In this document: positions 24,595 through 34,830 of the stretch, piece by piece
How the letters are laid out: the number at the start of each line of letters is the position of its first letter
Numbering within the stretch: the stretch's first letter is position 1
IMG/VR virus record: IMGVR_UViG_3300037400_004417
DNA length: 47,775 nt
Reading direction: 5' to 3' (one strand)
Source: a virus
Lineage: Duplodnaviria > Heunggongvirae > Uroviricota > Caudoviricetes
Made by a program: the position numbers and the translations under genes
The notes under the pieces: generated by a model
The model's input: only the letters and a program-made list of their open reading frames with translations
Databases searched by the model: none
Told to the model about the DNA's origin: nothing

Positions 24595-26553
24595 TTAACA
24601 TTTTAGCAAAGATAAAATACTATCCTTGTTGACCTTATCTAAACTTAAATCTATATCGGCTTCTTCTCTATCTTCTGTGATAATACCTCCACACATATAG
24701 ATAAGATGAGGCAAAAGTAAAGAGTTTTCATATTTATTAACGACAGCTTTTAGAGCAAGTGTTCCTTTGTCATCATTAGAAGATACAATACTCTTACCAA
24801 AATTAGCTTCTGCTAATATGAATTTCTTATTGCCTTCATCATCTGCTTTTATAAAGCCGACAAATTTTTCTACGCCTTCAATTTCACTATTTATCACTAA
24901 AGCAGTTTCATGGGCAGATAACAGGAAATGTTGATCATGCAAATTTAAACTTTTAGAATCGTAATGACCGATGAAAAGCTTATATGGAACAACTCCATGA
25001 TAACTATAATCATTTACGTCTACCTTATAAATTTCATCAGTTAACTTCTCACTCAGATAAAAAGCTTCAGTAGCACCGCCTTCATGGATTGGAGCGTTGG
25101 TCATATCACCTGAATATATAGGAGAATCTGCATCTTCATAATTATTTCTAAGATATGTATTCCAACCATAAGTCTTAGTAGATGAATTAATGTGTAAATC
25201 TAAATCCACCCGAATTTCAGTATTAGAAACTTTATGCTTTACATTAGTCCAATGAATACCGACTACAGCATCTTTACCAAGGTCAAGATAAGAACCGAAT
25301 GGAATTCCGTTAGAGAACATCATTTTTTCGGAAGTTGGAACTGTGTAGGTAATTTCAGAAGGAAGATAAAATGATTTGCCGACAAAATTTTCCTGAATAG
25401 AATCTCTAATATCATGAAGAACAACCATATAAATATAATTAAGATTCTTCATTCTATCTTCACTAAATTTCTTATCACTTTCTTTTGTCCAAGCTTTACC
25501 ATTACGGATAAAATAAATTCTTTCTGGAGCAGCTTTTAAAATATTAGAAATAGCATTTAAAATAACTATCTTCTTAAATACTGTAATATTCTTTAATTCT
25601 GCTTTGATATCATCAATACTGATATAAGTATCAGAAGTAAGCATATCTAAAATCTCTGGCTTTTTAGCTTTATGATTCTTAATGGCTAATCTCCTTAACT
25701 TATTAATGATTGGAGCCATATTATCATATGATTTAAAAGCTAAGAATAAAGGTTTATATCTTAAAAATATAGAAGATAATCTATCATATCCTGCTATATT
25801 ATTATAAGCAATAAAGCAGGAACGTAAATTAAGCTCATTAGACTTAGATTTAATATAGTCAATAGTTTCTTTATTTTTGATAATTAAAGTTCTATTAGTG
25901 GTTAAATAAATCATAAATCTTAAAAACTCAATAGGATTATCTGGGATACTATTAGTTAATTTATAAATCATCATCTTAATTTCTTTATTCTTTATCCTAT
26001 TCAGCTTATAAGGAATAGAATCAGATTGATAAGATAAGATAGTCATTATATCTTTAATAGTTTCTTGCTTCAACGCTATCCCTGTTTCTAAGAAATCAGT
26101 ATAACATTTTTCTATGATATCCTTATCTTCCATTACATCAATATAAGTAAACTGGATATTACCAGTATCCTTTGGAAGATTTAATTTATCAGCAGGAACA
26201 TACATAGTATGGTTAGGGTTTATATTAAGCATTTCTGGAACAAATACAGAAAAATAATGATATAATTGATTCCAGAATTGTTCTTCTATACTTAAGTTAT
26301 CTTTATAGTTAAAAGATTTATATAAAGCAGATCGATTTAATGTTATCAAATCAACTGCATAAATGTCTAAAATCACATTGTATACTTCTTTAGAAATTGT
26401 ATTCCATGCTTCAGGACTAAGATATATACCATTTCTCAACATTTTTTGAATATCTTCTAAAAAATATTTATCTTTATATCCTGATAAAGATGTTGGTACT
26501 ACTTTAAATAAGTTTAAACAAGCTTTTGAATACTCAATATAGTTTTTTGCCAT
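24595..26553 (-). CDS. large alpha-helical protein with C-terminal TerD-like domain
   Basis: ATG at 26553 has SD GGAGG; C-terminal VGIHW, RVDLDL, YSGDMTNAP, GATEAFY resemble TerD motifs. Confidence 0.7.
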   Translation of the reverse strand: MAKNYIEYSKACLNLFKVVPTSLSGYKDKYFLEDIQKMLRNGIYLSPEAWNTISKEVYNVILDIYAVDLITLNRSALYKSFNYKDNLSIEEQFWNQLYHYFSVFVPEMLNINPNHTMYVPADKLNLPKDTGNIQFTYIDVMEDKDIIEKCYTDFLETGIALKQETIKDIMTILSYQSDSIPYKLNRIKNKEIKMMIYKLTNSIPDNPIEFLRFMIYLTTNRTLIIKNKETIDYIKSKSNELNLRSCFIAYNNIAGYDRLSSIFLRYKPLFLAFKSYDNMAPIINKLRRLAIKNHKAKKPEILDMLTSDTYISIDDIKAELKNITVFKKIVILNAISNILKAAPERIYFIRNGKAWTKESDKKFSEDRMKNLNYIYMVVLHDIRDSIQENFVGKSFYLPSEITYTVPTSEKMMFSNGIPFGSYLDLGKDAVVGIHWTNVKHKVSNTEIRVDLDLHINSSTKTYGWNTYLRNNYEDADSPIYSGDMTNAPIHEGGATEAFYLSEKLTDEIYKVDVNDYSYHGVVPYKLFIGHYDSKSLNLHDQHFLLSAHETALVINSEIEGVEKFVGFIKADDEGNKKFILAEANFGKSIVSSNDDKGTLALKAVVNKYENSLLLPHLIYMCGGIITEDREEADIDLSLDKVNKDSILSLLKC

Positions 26554-26626
26554 AATAAATATTCCTCCAATTAGAAATATAAATGCGTGGAAACTTACGT
26601 CACTCTCTGCAACTGCCACGCATATA

Positions 26627-26655
26627 TTTTAACATTTCGTTAAAGTGTTGTCAAG
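26627..26655 (-). promoter_or_regulatory. sigmaA-type promoter followed by leader hairpin (TGCGTGG/CCACGCA)
   Basis: TTGACA-17-TAAAAT. Confidence 0.7.
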
Positions 26656-26717
26656 TAACTTTATAATTTAACAAAATAAAATTGTCACCTTTCTTTTCAC
26701 AGAATCTCGCACATAAA

Positions 26718-26741
26718 GGATATAGGGCGCGCGGAGCGCCT
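26718..26741. repeat. GGATATA-GGCGC hairpin repeat, copy 2
   Basis: GGATATAGGGCGCGCGGAGCGCCT right after stop of 26742-27020. Confidence 0.8.
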
Positions 26742-27020
26742 TTAGCTTGCGATTTCCTTGAATACTTCTGCTACTTTATTAATGTCATGTTCTAACTTAG
26801 AAACTCTTACCTTCAATAACTTAGTAGTCTCGGTCTCGTTCTTTGTTGTAAGATCGTATACTTCTGCACTCTTAATCTTATCATCGTGGATCCATTTATA
26901 AATACTTGCGATACTGATATCATGAATATCACTGATTTCACGGATAGTTAATCCTGCTTTATATAATCCTACGCAATGTGCCTTCTGAGCAATAGTATAA
27001 CGTTTTCCAGTAAAAATCAT
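26742..27020 (-). CDS. helix-turn-helix protein (HTH_Tnp_1-like)
   Basis: RYT..QK...V.LY.AG.TIREIS..HDISIASIYKWI plus leucine-zipper-like tail. Confidence 0.65.
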   Translation of the reverse strand: MIFTGKRYTIAQKAHCVGLYKAGLTIREISDIHDISIASIYKWIHDDKIKSAEVYDLTTKNETETTKLLKVRVSKLEHDINKVAEVFKEIAS

Positions 27021-27118
27021 AGTATTAAAAACCTCATTTCTTTTTCTAAAAACTTAAAATTAAAATAAGGGGCGAACATATTGTGCACCCCTTAAAATCT
27101 ACATTACATAAGAACAGA

Positions 27119-27454
27119 TTAGCCTACAAAGTAAGTCTCTGCGTCAGCAAACTCCTGTTCTAACTTTGCCCAATTTACGATATAACGATGCTTATACTTT
27201 AAACTTGGACGTTTAGTGTTCTTATTCAGCTTTCTAATGCCGGCATGCTTCTTGCCTTCGTTACCTCCAAACTTCTTCTTGTCCATAATCTTATTAAAGA
27301 CACGATCCATGGAAGATAAATAGAAGAACATATTCTTGTTATTATTTTTCTTATGCTTAGAAAGCTTATGGTCTGAGGAAGCCTTGCCATATACTTCCTT
27401 ATCTAAATCAGCTAATACAGATGCATTAAATTCTTCAATATCGATAATAAACAT
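27119..27454 (-). CDS. hypothetical protein
   Basis: Likely start MFIID with SD AAAGGAGA; longer track start lies inside IS end. Confidence 0.6.
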   Translation of the reverse strand: MFIIDIEEFNASVLADLDKEVYGKASSDHKLSKHKKNNNKNMFFYLSSMDRVFNKIMDKKKFGGNEGKKHAGIRKLNKNTKRPSLKYKHRYIVNWAKLEQEFADAETYFVG

Positions 27455-27562
27455 CTTAAAATCTCCTTTTTTCTTATTAATAATCAACAGTATATTTATA
27501 TTCTTAATTCTACTTGTATCTAAATGGTTACAAAAACAATCGCCTTCTTTCTTTATCATAAT

Positions 27563-29000
27563 TGGCGAGAAGACCACTGCCTTTAAATGAAGTGTAGGCG
27601 GCGGATGAATCGCCACTAATTAAACTTGACATTTTTTTAATCTTGCTATATAATATCTATATAACAAAGGAGGTGAATAAATATGTTTCTAACTCAATCA
27701 AATGTAATTCGCAGATTATCTAAGTCAGAATATTCTATGCTTAAAGAAATGTGTCAGTATAGTAACAATCTGTATAATGTTGCTCTGTATAACATCCGTC
27801 AATATTACTTCCATGAGAAAAAATTCTTAACTTATGAAAGCAACTATCACGAATGCAAAACCAATGAGAACTATAAACTGTTACAAGCTGGCGTAGCACA
27901 GCAAATACTAAAAGTGGCTGACAGAAGTTTTAAGTCGTTCTTCAATCTGATTAAAAAAGCAAAAGGTGGAGAATACAGGTTCAAAGACATCAAAATTCCT
28001 CATTATAGAGAAAAAGGTGGTCTGTTCAATCTCATACTTTCAACTAATGCTATTAACATTAAAGACGGCTATTTAATCATACCCATGAGCATAGAATTTT
28101 CAAAAACACATAATAAACACAAAATACGAATACCGTTTCCTAAAAGGCTGGAAGGCAAGAATATAAAAGAAGTACGCATTCTTCCTATTAACAAAGGAAG
28201 GCATTTCAAAGTTCAGTATTGCTACGAACAGCCTGTAGAAGAACAGAATCTTAATCAGCAGAATACTCTTGCTATCGACATAGGGTTAGAAAATCTTGCT
28301 ACCTGTGTGACCAATAAAGGGACTTCGTTCATTATGGACGGACGTAAATTAAAATCAATTAACCGGTATTGGAATAAGCAAAAAGCACATCTTCAGAGTA
28401 TTGCCGATAAGCAAAAACAAAAATCTACTAATCGATTACAGAACCTTACTCGTAAGCGAAATAATCGTACAAATGACTACATTAAGAAAACCGCTCGTTA
28501 TATCATTAACTACTGTATAGATAATAATATCGGTACAGTAGTATGTGGCTATAATGGTGATTTCAAGCGTAGTATGAACTTAGGAAAAATTACTAATCAG
28601 CAGTTTACGCAGATTAGTTTCGGTTCACTAAGGGAAACATTAGCAGGTCTTTGTGAAAGATACGGAATGCAGTACATAGAACAGGAAGAAAGCTATACTT
28701 CAAAATCCAGCTTTTTAGACCTAGATGAAATACCTGTATATAATCCTGAGCATCCATACATTGACAGTTTCAGCGGTAAGCGGATAAAGCGTGGCCTATA
28801 CCGCAGTGCTGACGGCAGAATAATAAATGCTGATGTAAATGGTGCTTGCAATATACTTAGAAAAAGTAAGCAGAACTTCGATTTCGAGGAACTGTGTAAC
28901 GGACTTTTGAACAGTCCATTGAGAATAAGGGTTGTATAACCAATCTTCTCAAGAATCTCCCACTCCAAACGCTGAAAGTGTTAAGTGGAAGAGTGTTCAA
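27563..29000 (+). mobile_element. IS200/IS605-family tnpB-only element
   Basis: LE hairpin GCGAGAAGACC..GGATGAATCGC, promoter TTGACA-17-TATAAT (27626-27654), RE ending GTGTTCAA; exact ends uncertain by a few nt. Confidence 0.85.
27683..28939 (+). CDS. tnpB: TnpB RNA-guided endonuclease (rearranged RuvC-II type)
   Basis: [35 protein letters not shown]. Confidence 0.93.
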   Translation: MFLTQSNVIRRLSKSEYSMLKEMCQYSNNLYNVALYNIRQYYFHEKKFLTYESNYHECKTNENYKLLQAGVAQQILKVADRSFKSFFNLIKKAKGGEYRFKDIKIPHYREKGGLFNLILSTNAINIKDGYLIIPMSIEFSKTHNKHKIRIPFPKRLEGKNIKEVRILPINKGRHFKVQYCYEQPVEEQNLNQQNTLAIDIGLENLATCVTNKGTSFIMDGRKLKSINRYWNKQKAHLQSIADKQKQKSTNRLQNLTRKRNNRTNDYIKKTARYIINYCIDNNIGTVVCGYNGDFKRSMNLGKITNQQFTQISFGSLRETLAGLCERYGMQYIEQEESYTSKSSFLDLDEIPVYNPEHPYIDSFSGKRIKRGLYRSADGRIINADVNGACNILRKSKQNFDFEELCNGLLNSPLRIRVV

Positions 29001-29020
29001 AGGAATATCCCGCATATAAA

Positions 29021-29044
29021 GGATATAGGGCGCGCAAAGCGCCT
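29021..29044. repeat. GGATATA-GGCGC hairpin repeat, copy 3
   Basis: GGATATAGGGCGCGCAAAGCGCCT. Confidence 0.8.
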
Positions 29045-29133
29045 GCGGTTATTATATACTAAAAAATAAGAATACCAGCCCTTACGTCTAGTACTCCTAT
29101 AATTTCTCTTGTACATAATATTATTGTCGACTA

Positions 29134-29448
29134 CTAATATTCTTCCACTTCTAAAATATTTCCATAAGTAATATACTGATTAGTGTCACAAGGATTGCCG
29201 GAAAGAATCGCGGTGCGAACGGTACTAATATTCTTTTCCTCAATTTCAATAGTACCTTCCTCTAATTCCTTCTTAACTTTTAGCCATAAAGCACGTCGGC
29301 CCTTTCTCTTTTCTCTGTATACTGCATTATTATAATTAATATTCATGGAGCTATGAGACTTCCATGCATCACAGTTTAAGAAAATATAAGCCTTGCCCTT
29401 GCTTTCGTGAAATACACATTCACTAAACTTCTTAATAATGTTCATCAT
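29134..29448 (-). CDS. hypothetical protein
   Basis: 104 aa; IFLNCDAWKS motif. Confidence 0.65.
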   Translation of the reverse strand: MMNIIKKFSECVFHESKGKAYIFLNCDAWKSHSSMNINYNNAVYREKRKGRRALWLKVKKELEEGTIEIEEKNISTVRTAILSGNPCDTNQYITYGNILEVEEY

Positions 29449-29488
29449 TTTTTATCTCCTTATTTTAAATTAAAAATACTAAAACCAT

Positions 29489-30250
29489 CTACACAATGGA
29501 TGCTAAACCTTCTGTTTTAACCCACATAGCGGGGCGCACTGAGTCATTATTGCCATCCACATCATTACCAACGAAGTCCACAGAGCCATTGCTCATGACA
29601 GAAGAAGCTTCATAAGAATTAACACCCAGCGACCGAAGCCACCACCAACACTGACCATTATCATTCATATATGCTCCATTCTTAATAGCAAGTTTAGTAG
29701 GAGTGCATTTTCTATCCTCATCGTTTTTAAAATACTTTTCTAGTTCCTTTATACTGAGAAGAAATACTTTGTCTTCTGTATCATTACCTTGATTAGTGCT
29801 ATACTCTGGATTATTATCTGCTGTCACAATGGACAACTGGATTAAATCCTGCTCCGTAGGATTAAACGCTGAGTTTAAAAAATCATTGTTGAGCCACTTG
29901 CGCAGGGTGCATTTTTCCCATAACGTATCTTCGTATGATTTATTATATTTCTTACAGTTTAGTGCATATTGGCTGACAATAAGTGCTTTGCCATTTTCTA
30001 CTGCTAAGACACGCCATTCAATAGGTTCTTTTTTATTATTATTTTGTTTATACCGTCCAAATTTTACAATATCTCCTATTCTAATATCTGTTTCGGGTTC
30101 TTGAATATAAGAGATATTATTTTTTTCATTAATAATTTCTTCTTTTTCGGAAGAATCAATAAGCCCCTGAGTGTATCCTTCTTGATAAGCTTTATTAATA
30201 ATATCAGCTAAGGATTTTAAGTTAGTAAAATCTGCTATATTTATCTGCAT
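29489..30250 (-). CDS. DUF6273 domain protein
   Basis: VKFGRY, PIEWRVL, LRKWLNNDFL, DKVFLLSIKE, WWWLRS, VRPAMW. Confidence 0.85.
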   Translation of the reverse strand: MQINIADFTNLKSLADIINKAYQEGYTQGLIDSSEKEEIINEKNNISYIQEPETDIRIGDIVKFGRYKQNNNKKEPIEWRVLAVENGKALIVSQYALNCKKYNKSYEDTLWEKCTLRKWLNNDFLNSAFNPTEQDLIQLSIVTADNNPEYSTNQGNDTEDKVFLLSIKELEKYFKNDEDRKCTPTKLAIKNGAYMNDNGQCWWWLRSLGVNSYEASSVMSNGSVDFVGNDVDGNNDSVRPAMWVKTEGLASIV

Positions 30251-30271
30251 ATTGGTTAGCTCTCCTGTCTC

Positions 30272-30349
30272 TTATAGCATAGACTTAATCAGGTTAGACG
30301 CCATCTTTCCATCATATAGTCCAGCATGCCTTGTCTTCAGCTCCTTCAT
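30272..30349 (-). pseudogene. C-terminal remnant of a second yqeY gene
   Basis: MKELKTRHAGLYDGKMASNLIKSML* aligns with end of 21170-21598; truncated at IS left end. Confidence 0.75.
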
Positions 30350-31861
30350 CGAAAATGTTGGCAGGATACCCCGACTTCTTTAAGTCGGGGAGGAATGCCA
30401 ACTTCACCTCCTAAAAAAATAATAAAAAATTTCAATACAAATAGTTAAATATATTTTCTATTGAAGTAATAATAATTTTTAGAAGGAGGTGACATACTCA
30501 ATGTCAGATCTTACTAAAACTATTAAACTTCGTATAAATGTTTCTTCTGAACAGGAAATATTATTTCGCCAAATGACGGAACAGTATCGTCAAGCCTGCA
30601 ATTATGTGTCTCAGTATATCTTCGACAACAACTTTGAATTAAATTCCAATGTCTTAAACAAAGAATTATATTCTGATATACGTTCAATTTACGGATTGAA
30701 ATCTCAGCTGGCTCAGTCTACGTTTAAGACTGTTACGGCTAGATACAAAACCGTTAAACAGCAGTTATTTCAAAATCCTTTTAAATACAAAGATGAAAAA
30801 GGTAAAATGAAATATATAACTAAAACCTTGGAATGGTTATATAAACCTATTTGTTTTAATCGCCCTCAAGCTGACTTAGTTCGTAATCGTGACTATAGCT
30901 TTATTGACGATGGCAATACCTTATCCATTAATACATTAGGGAAAAGAACCAAATGTACGTTTAAAGGCGAACATTTCGTGGAATATCTTGATGGTTCATG
31001 GGATCTTGGTACTGCTAAGCTTGTAGAACTTAAAGGCTTATGGTATTTACATATTCCCGTTACTAGAACCGTAGAAGATTTTCAGAAAGAAAACGTTCGT
31101 CATGTAGTAGGTATAGATCGTGGATTACGTTTCTTAACCGTAAGCTATGACGAACAGGGTAAGACTGAATTCGTTTCCGGTAAGAAAATCGCTACTAAAC
31201 GTCGTAAATTTCAAGAAACTCGTAGACAGCTTCAATCTAAAGGTACGAAATCCGCGAAGCACAGACTTAAATCCATTTCAGGACGAGAGAACCGTTGGAT
31301 GTCTGATGTTAATCATCAGATTTCTAAGACACTCGTCGAAAAATATGGAGAAAATACGTTATTCGTACTGGAAGACTTGACTGGCGTAAGTTTCGAAGAA
31401 TCCAACTTGTCCAGCAATAAAAAACAGAATTATGAATTACGTTCTTGGTCTTTTTATCAACTGGAACAGTTTTTAACGTATAAAGCTCACGAACATAAGT
31501 CAGAAGTTCTTAAGGTTTCTGCTAGATTTACGTCTCAACGTTGTCCTAAATGTGGCTCTATCCGTAAGGAAAATCGAGATCATCGTCTGCATCTGTATTT
31601 TTGTCAATGTGGATATAAATCTAATGACGATAGAATCGGTGCGATGAATATCCAGCAGTTAGGAACGATGTGGATTTCCGGCGATAATAATCCTCGTTAC
31701 GAAAGAATAACTACTTCAGAATAAATTTCAAAAGTAAAACGGGCATTGTCAATTGTCCGACGATGTAGGCAGAATTAGGGAGATTTCTTTTTAAAGAAGT
31801 CGTTACTACCTATGCAACTCTGACTTACAAGCTCCGCCCTCTATAGGGCGGGGTAGTTGAC
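30350..31861 (+). mobile_element. IS200/IS605-family tnpB-only element inserted 3' of TTCAT
   Basis: LE GTTGGCAGGATACCCCGACTTCTTTAAGTCGGGG; RE GCTCCGCCCTCTATAGGGCGGGGTAGTTGAC. Confidence 0.88.
30501..31724 (+). CDS. tnpB: TnpB RNA-guided endonuclease
   Basis: GIDRG, LEDL, CPKCG..CQCG zinc finger, NDDRIGAMNI; SD GAAGGAGGT. Confidence 0.93.
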   Translation: MSDLTKTIKLRINVSSEQEILFRQMTEQYRQACNYVSQYIFDNNFELNSNVLNKELYSDIRSIYGLKSQLAQSTFKTVTARYKTVKQQLFQNPFKYKDEKGKMKYITKTLEWLYKPICFNRPQADLVRNRDYSFIDDGNTLSINTLGKRTKCTFKGEHFVEYLDGSWDLGTAKLVELKGLWYLHIPVTRTVEDFQKENVRHVVGIDRGLRFLTVSYDEQGKTEFVSGKKIATKRRKFQETRRQLQSKGTKSAKHRLKSISGRENRWMSDVNHQISKTLVEKYGENTLFVLEDLTGVSFEESNLSSNKKQNYELRSWSFYQLEQFLTYKAHEHKSEVLKVSARFTSQRCPKCGSIRKENRDHRLHLYFCQCGYKSNDDRIGAMNIQQLGTMWISGDNNPRYERITTSE

Positions 31862-32159
31862 TATAAAGTACCGTGTATTCCTGTCCAAATCGATTAGTAA
31901 GCGTAAGAAACCTTTCTACATAATTACTGTCTATTGCTAACACAGAATTTTTACAGCATATCTTATTCTTATTGCATTTTCCTGTAACAATTTCTCGTTC
32001 GCCAGTTTGCATCCAAAAAACATCATAAGAAACAATAACCGTTTTAGTGGTTTCACTATTTATTTCTGCTTTAGTGGTGCCTCCACATTTTCCTGATCCA
32101 TGACAAAAACGTATCTCATCACCGATATCACACATTTCTCCATTTAATGCTCTAAACAT
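31862..32159 (-). pseudogene. hypothetical gene truncated by the IS right end
   Basis: Frame runs into GTCAAC at the element end. Confidence 0.55.
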
Positions 32160-32204
32160 TCTTGATACTCCTTTTATTTGTCGTAAGGGGACTAAAGTTT
32201 CTTT

Positions 32205-32537
32205 TTAACCCCATCCTACGTCAGAAATATAATCGAAGTCATTAACAATATCTTCTTCTACCTCAAAATACTTTTTAAGGAAATCATAGATCTTCTGCTT
32301 AGCTTCTTCTAAAGACTTAACAGAAGTATCATTTGCTTTCCACTGATATTCTGGGAATACTCCTACATATACAGAGTTATCGCCATTGGTCACCCAGCCT
32401 AAGCCGTTATTTAACAGCTCATTTTCTACCTCCGGAAGATTAAACAAACCTTCAACATCATCATCCAACAGCTCTAATTTCATAACATCATAGCCATAAA
32501 GCTGTATTGGCCATTCACACATACTCATTATAACCAC
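32205..32537 (-). CDS. hypothetical protein, paralog of 2706-3032
   Basis: See 2706-3032. Confidence 0.7.
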   Translation of the reverse strand: MVIMSMCEWPIQLYGYDVMKLELLDDDVEGLFNLPEVENELLNNGLGWVTNGDNSVYVGVFPEYQWKANDTSVKSLEEAKQKIYDFLKKYFEVEEDIVNDFDYISDVGWG

Positions 32538-33013
32538 AGCTCCTCATTAAATTTTCCTACTTCATACTTACAAGTATAATTTTCGTCATTGACATCAGCC
32601 CAGACATATATATCTATATCTTTCTTATCCCGTTTCTGTTCTACTCTACATAAATCCTGTATACAGTCTTCTCCATCTAAGCTATAGCTAGTAATAATAC
32701 TAGGATAATCAGGATCGGCGCCGATTTCTGCTTTTAAAAATCCCTTATCTGGGAGTTTAACGAGAAGTCCTGGAGAATCTTCTATTTTTATTTCTTTTAG
32801 CCAAAATTTAATATCATTATTTAAATCTTTATAAGATTTACAATCTCCAACTTTAATATTACAATCAAGTTCTTTTTCATCAATTCTATATTTATGTTTA
32901 ATATTGTTTAATATTTCACAACTTTTACTTATTGCATTATTCTTATTGAAAAAGAAATGTTCGTTGTGCTCTCCGTTTATATTTACGACAATTTTCCAGA
33001 TTGCATTAGTCAT
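32528..33013 (-). CDS. hypothetical protein
   Basis: 161 aa; LKAE..ADPDYP.I motif. Confidence 0.65.
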   Translation of the reverse strand: MTNAIWKIVVNINGEHNEHFFFNKNNAISKSCEILNNIKHKYRIDEKELDCNIKVGDCKSYKDLNNDIKFWLKEIKIEDSPGLLVKLPDKGFLKAEIGADPDYPSIITSYSLDGEDCIQDLCRVEQKRDKKDIDIYVWADVNDENYTCKYEVGKFNEELWL

Positions 33014-33046
33014 AGCATTTTATCCCTTCTTGACTATTCTCTTTTT

Positions 33047-33943
33047 TTAGATAGGCTGTAACAAGATTTCTGCGTTTCCTTTTTTAGCATATTGACAATA
33101 ATCAGTTGTTATTATTCTTGACTGAGTATTGCTATTATACATTCTATCTATAATTTTTCCTGTCATCATGTCAATAATAGAGCCTATTACAGCATTACGT
33201 TCTATAACATCTCCTGTTTCGTAATATACTTGAAACAAACCTTCTGCACTATTGCATATAGAAATACTGTTTCTAACTTCTTTATTCTCGGACAACTCGT
33301 GTTTATCAATTTCTCCAATATTCTTTAGAATATCCATAATGTTATTCTGAGTTAGAAGGTTTAACGCTGGATATACCTTGCCTAGTCCTTTCTGCTCCCA
33401 AGTAATACCTATCTTATTAGGAATAGTATTAACAAAGCTCTTAATAGTGTCATTTTTTGTATTAGTAACACAATAATGCAATCCTAAATGCTCAGCAAAT
33501 CCTATCACCTTACGATGATTTTCATCGTTGCTGTTAATATATAACATAGAATCACAGTTTTCTGAACTATGCATATCAATAACAACATCGGCCCGCTCTA
33601 TTTCATCTATAATTTCTTGTCTTATTTCAGAAGCATATCTGCTCGTATCCCAACCGCGATTCATGTCATTATTTATATGCACTACATCTCTCTTTCCAAT
33701 TCTCATTCCTTCATAGTTGGCGACAGGTATAATCGTTAGTTTATAAAGAAAAGGAAATTTTTGAGCGAGCAGATTAAGACGATCCATATTTCTAATAACA
33801 TGAATTAAATCATATGCCAAAGAAATAGTACCTATTTCATCGCCATGAACGCCGGCAATAATTAAAACATTTTTTGTGTCTTTTGCACTATTTTCTTTAA
33901 TAGTTACGCTATATTTGTCTATCATTATAAAATCCCTTTCCAA
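33047..33943 (-). CDS. succinylglutamate desuccinylase/aspartoacylase (M14-like zinc hydrolase)
   Basis: IAGVHGDE, DMNR, IDMHS, C-terminal biotinyl-like beta domain. Confidence 0.85.
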   Translation of the reverse strand: MERDFIMIDKYSVTIKENSAKDTKNVLIIAGVHGDEIGTISLAYDLIHVIRNMDRLNLLAQKFPFLYKLTIIPVANYEGMRIGKRDVVHINNDMNRGWDTSRYASEIRQEIIDEIERADVVIDMHSSENCDSMLYINSNDENHRKVIGFAEHLGLHYCVTNTKNDTIKSFVNTIPNKIGITWEQKGLGKVYPALNLLTQNNIMDILKNIGEIDKHELSENKEVRNSISICNSAEGLFQVYYETGDVIERNAVIGSIIDMMTGKIIDRMYNSNTQSRIITTDYCQYAKKGNAEILLQPI

Positions 33944-34281
33944 AAATTATTATCCGCTATTACCCAAGTGCGCTTATTAAAGTTTTCTTCAATGAATCTT
34001 TCAGCGGCGCCGTTCCCGTTACCATCTTTATCTTCACTACTATAAAGCCGTTCAATATACTTAATATGGTTGTCCCAGTATTCTTCTTCATTGCACAATC
34101 TAGAAAGTTCTTTAGCTGTTTCTAAATCACATTCGTAATAATACAATGTACCGAAGTCATTACATAAAGCAATATATATGCCTAATTCATGTTCTTTATC
34201 AGGGAGAGCATATAAATCTATCGCTTTTTCGTTCAGGGTATTCCACATTTGCTCAGATGAATCAAACTTGATCTCTGTCAT
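33925..34281 (-). CDS. hypothetical protein
   Basis: 118-aa ORF. Confidence 0.6.
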   Translation of the reverse strand: MTEIKFDSSEQMWNTLNEKAIDLYALPDKEHELGIYIALCNDFGTLYYYECDLETAKELSRLCNEEEYWDNHIKYIERLYSSEDKDGNGNGAAERFIEENFNKRTWVIADNNFWKGIL

Positions 34282-34365
34282 ATCCTTATTCTACCCTTCC
34301 TTTCTATCCAGTTGTCGTTGATAACATATAAAAAATACCTATTATATGTATAAATTCTTACAATA

Positions 34366-34830
34366 TTACACTTCGTGCCAGTTGATTAGAGGCTGACCTT
34401 TTTCATAAGCTTTCTTTACTTTATCGGCAACAATATGAATCATAGATATAGCTTCTTCAGGGTTTTTGAAAGTTAAGCCTAAAGCATACATAAGTAGATT
34501 GTTATTATCAGTTTTATTAAAGGTGTTTCTACTGATTCTTCCATATGAACCATTTAGTAGAAAACTAAAATATGTTTCTTTTTCTTCTGGTTTATAGATT
34601 TTACAAATTACATATTTTCCAATGAGAATATCATTTAAATCTATAGAAACAGAAAAATTCCAAATTTCATTTTGCTTAATTTCCACGCATAAAGAATCGT
34701 TGATTCTGTATTTACAAGGTTTATATATAGAAGAAATCGGTTCTTTTAAGAAAAATTCTTCATTAATTTCAACGCCAAGAATTTCTAATACTTTTTCTTT
34801 CATTTTTTGTCTTTCCTCTTTATTATGCAT
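34366..34830 (-). CDS. hypothetical protein of 'LGVE..EEF' family
   Basis: ILGVEINEEF...DILIGKY; C-term G..FK..EEA. Confidence 0.7.
   Translation of the reverse strand: MHNKEERQKMKEKVLEILGVEINEEFFLKEPISSIYKPCKYRINDSLCVEIKQNEIWNFSVSIDLNDILIGKYVICKIYKPEEKETYFSFLLNGSYGRISRNTFNKTDNNNLLMYALGLTFKNPEEAISMIHIVADKVKKAYEKGQPLINWHEV

Noticed and set aside
26742-27020. IS3-family transposase
   Set aside because: Only the HTH/zipper part is present; no DDE orfB or terminal inverted repeats seen
29410-29430. Target for the 13589 omegaRNA guide (CACATTCACTAAAC resembles CACATATTCACTAAAG)
   Set aside because: Needs a 2-nt gap in the seed and has no adjacent TTCAT; likely chance in AT-rich DNA
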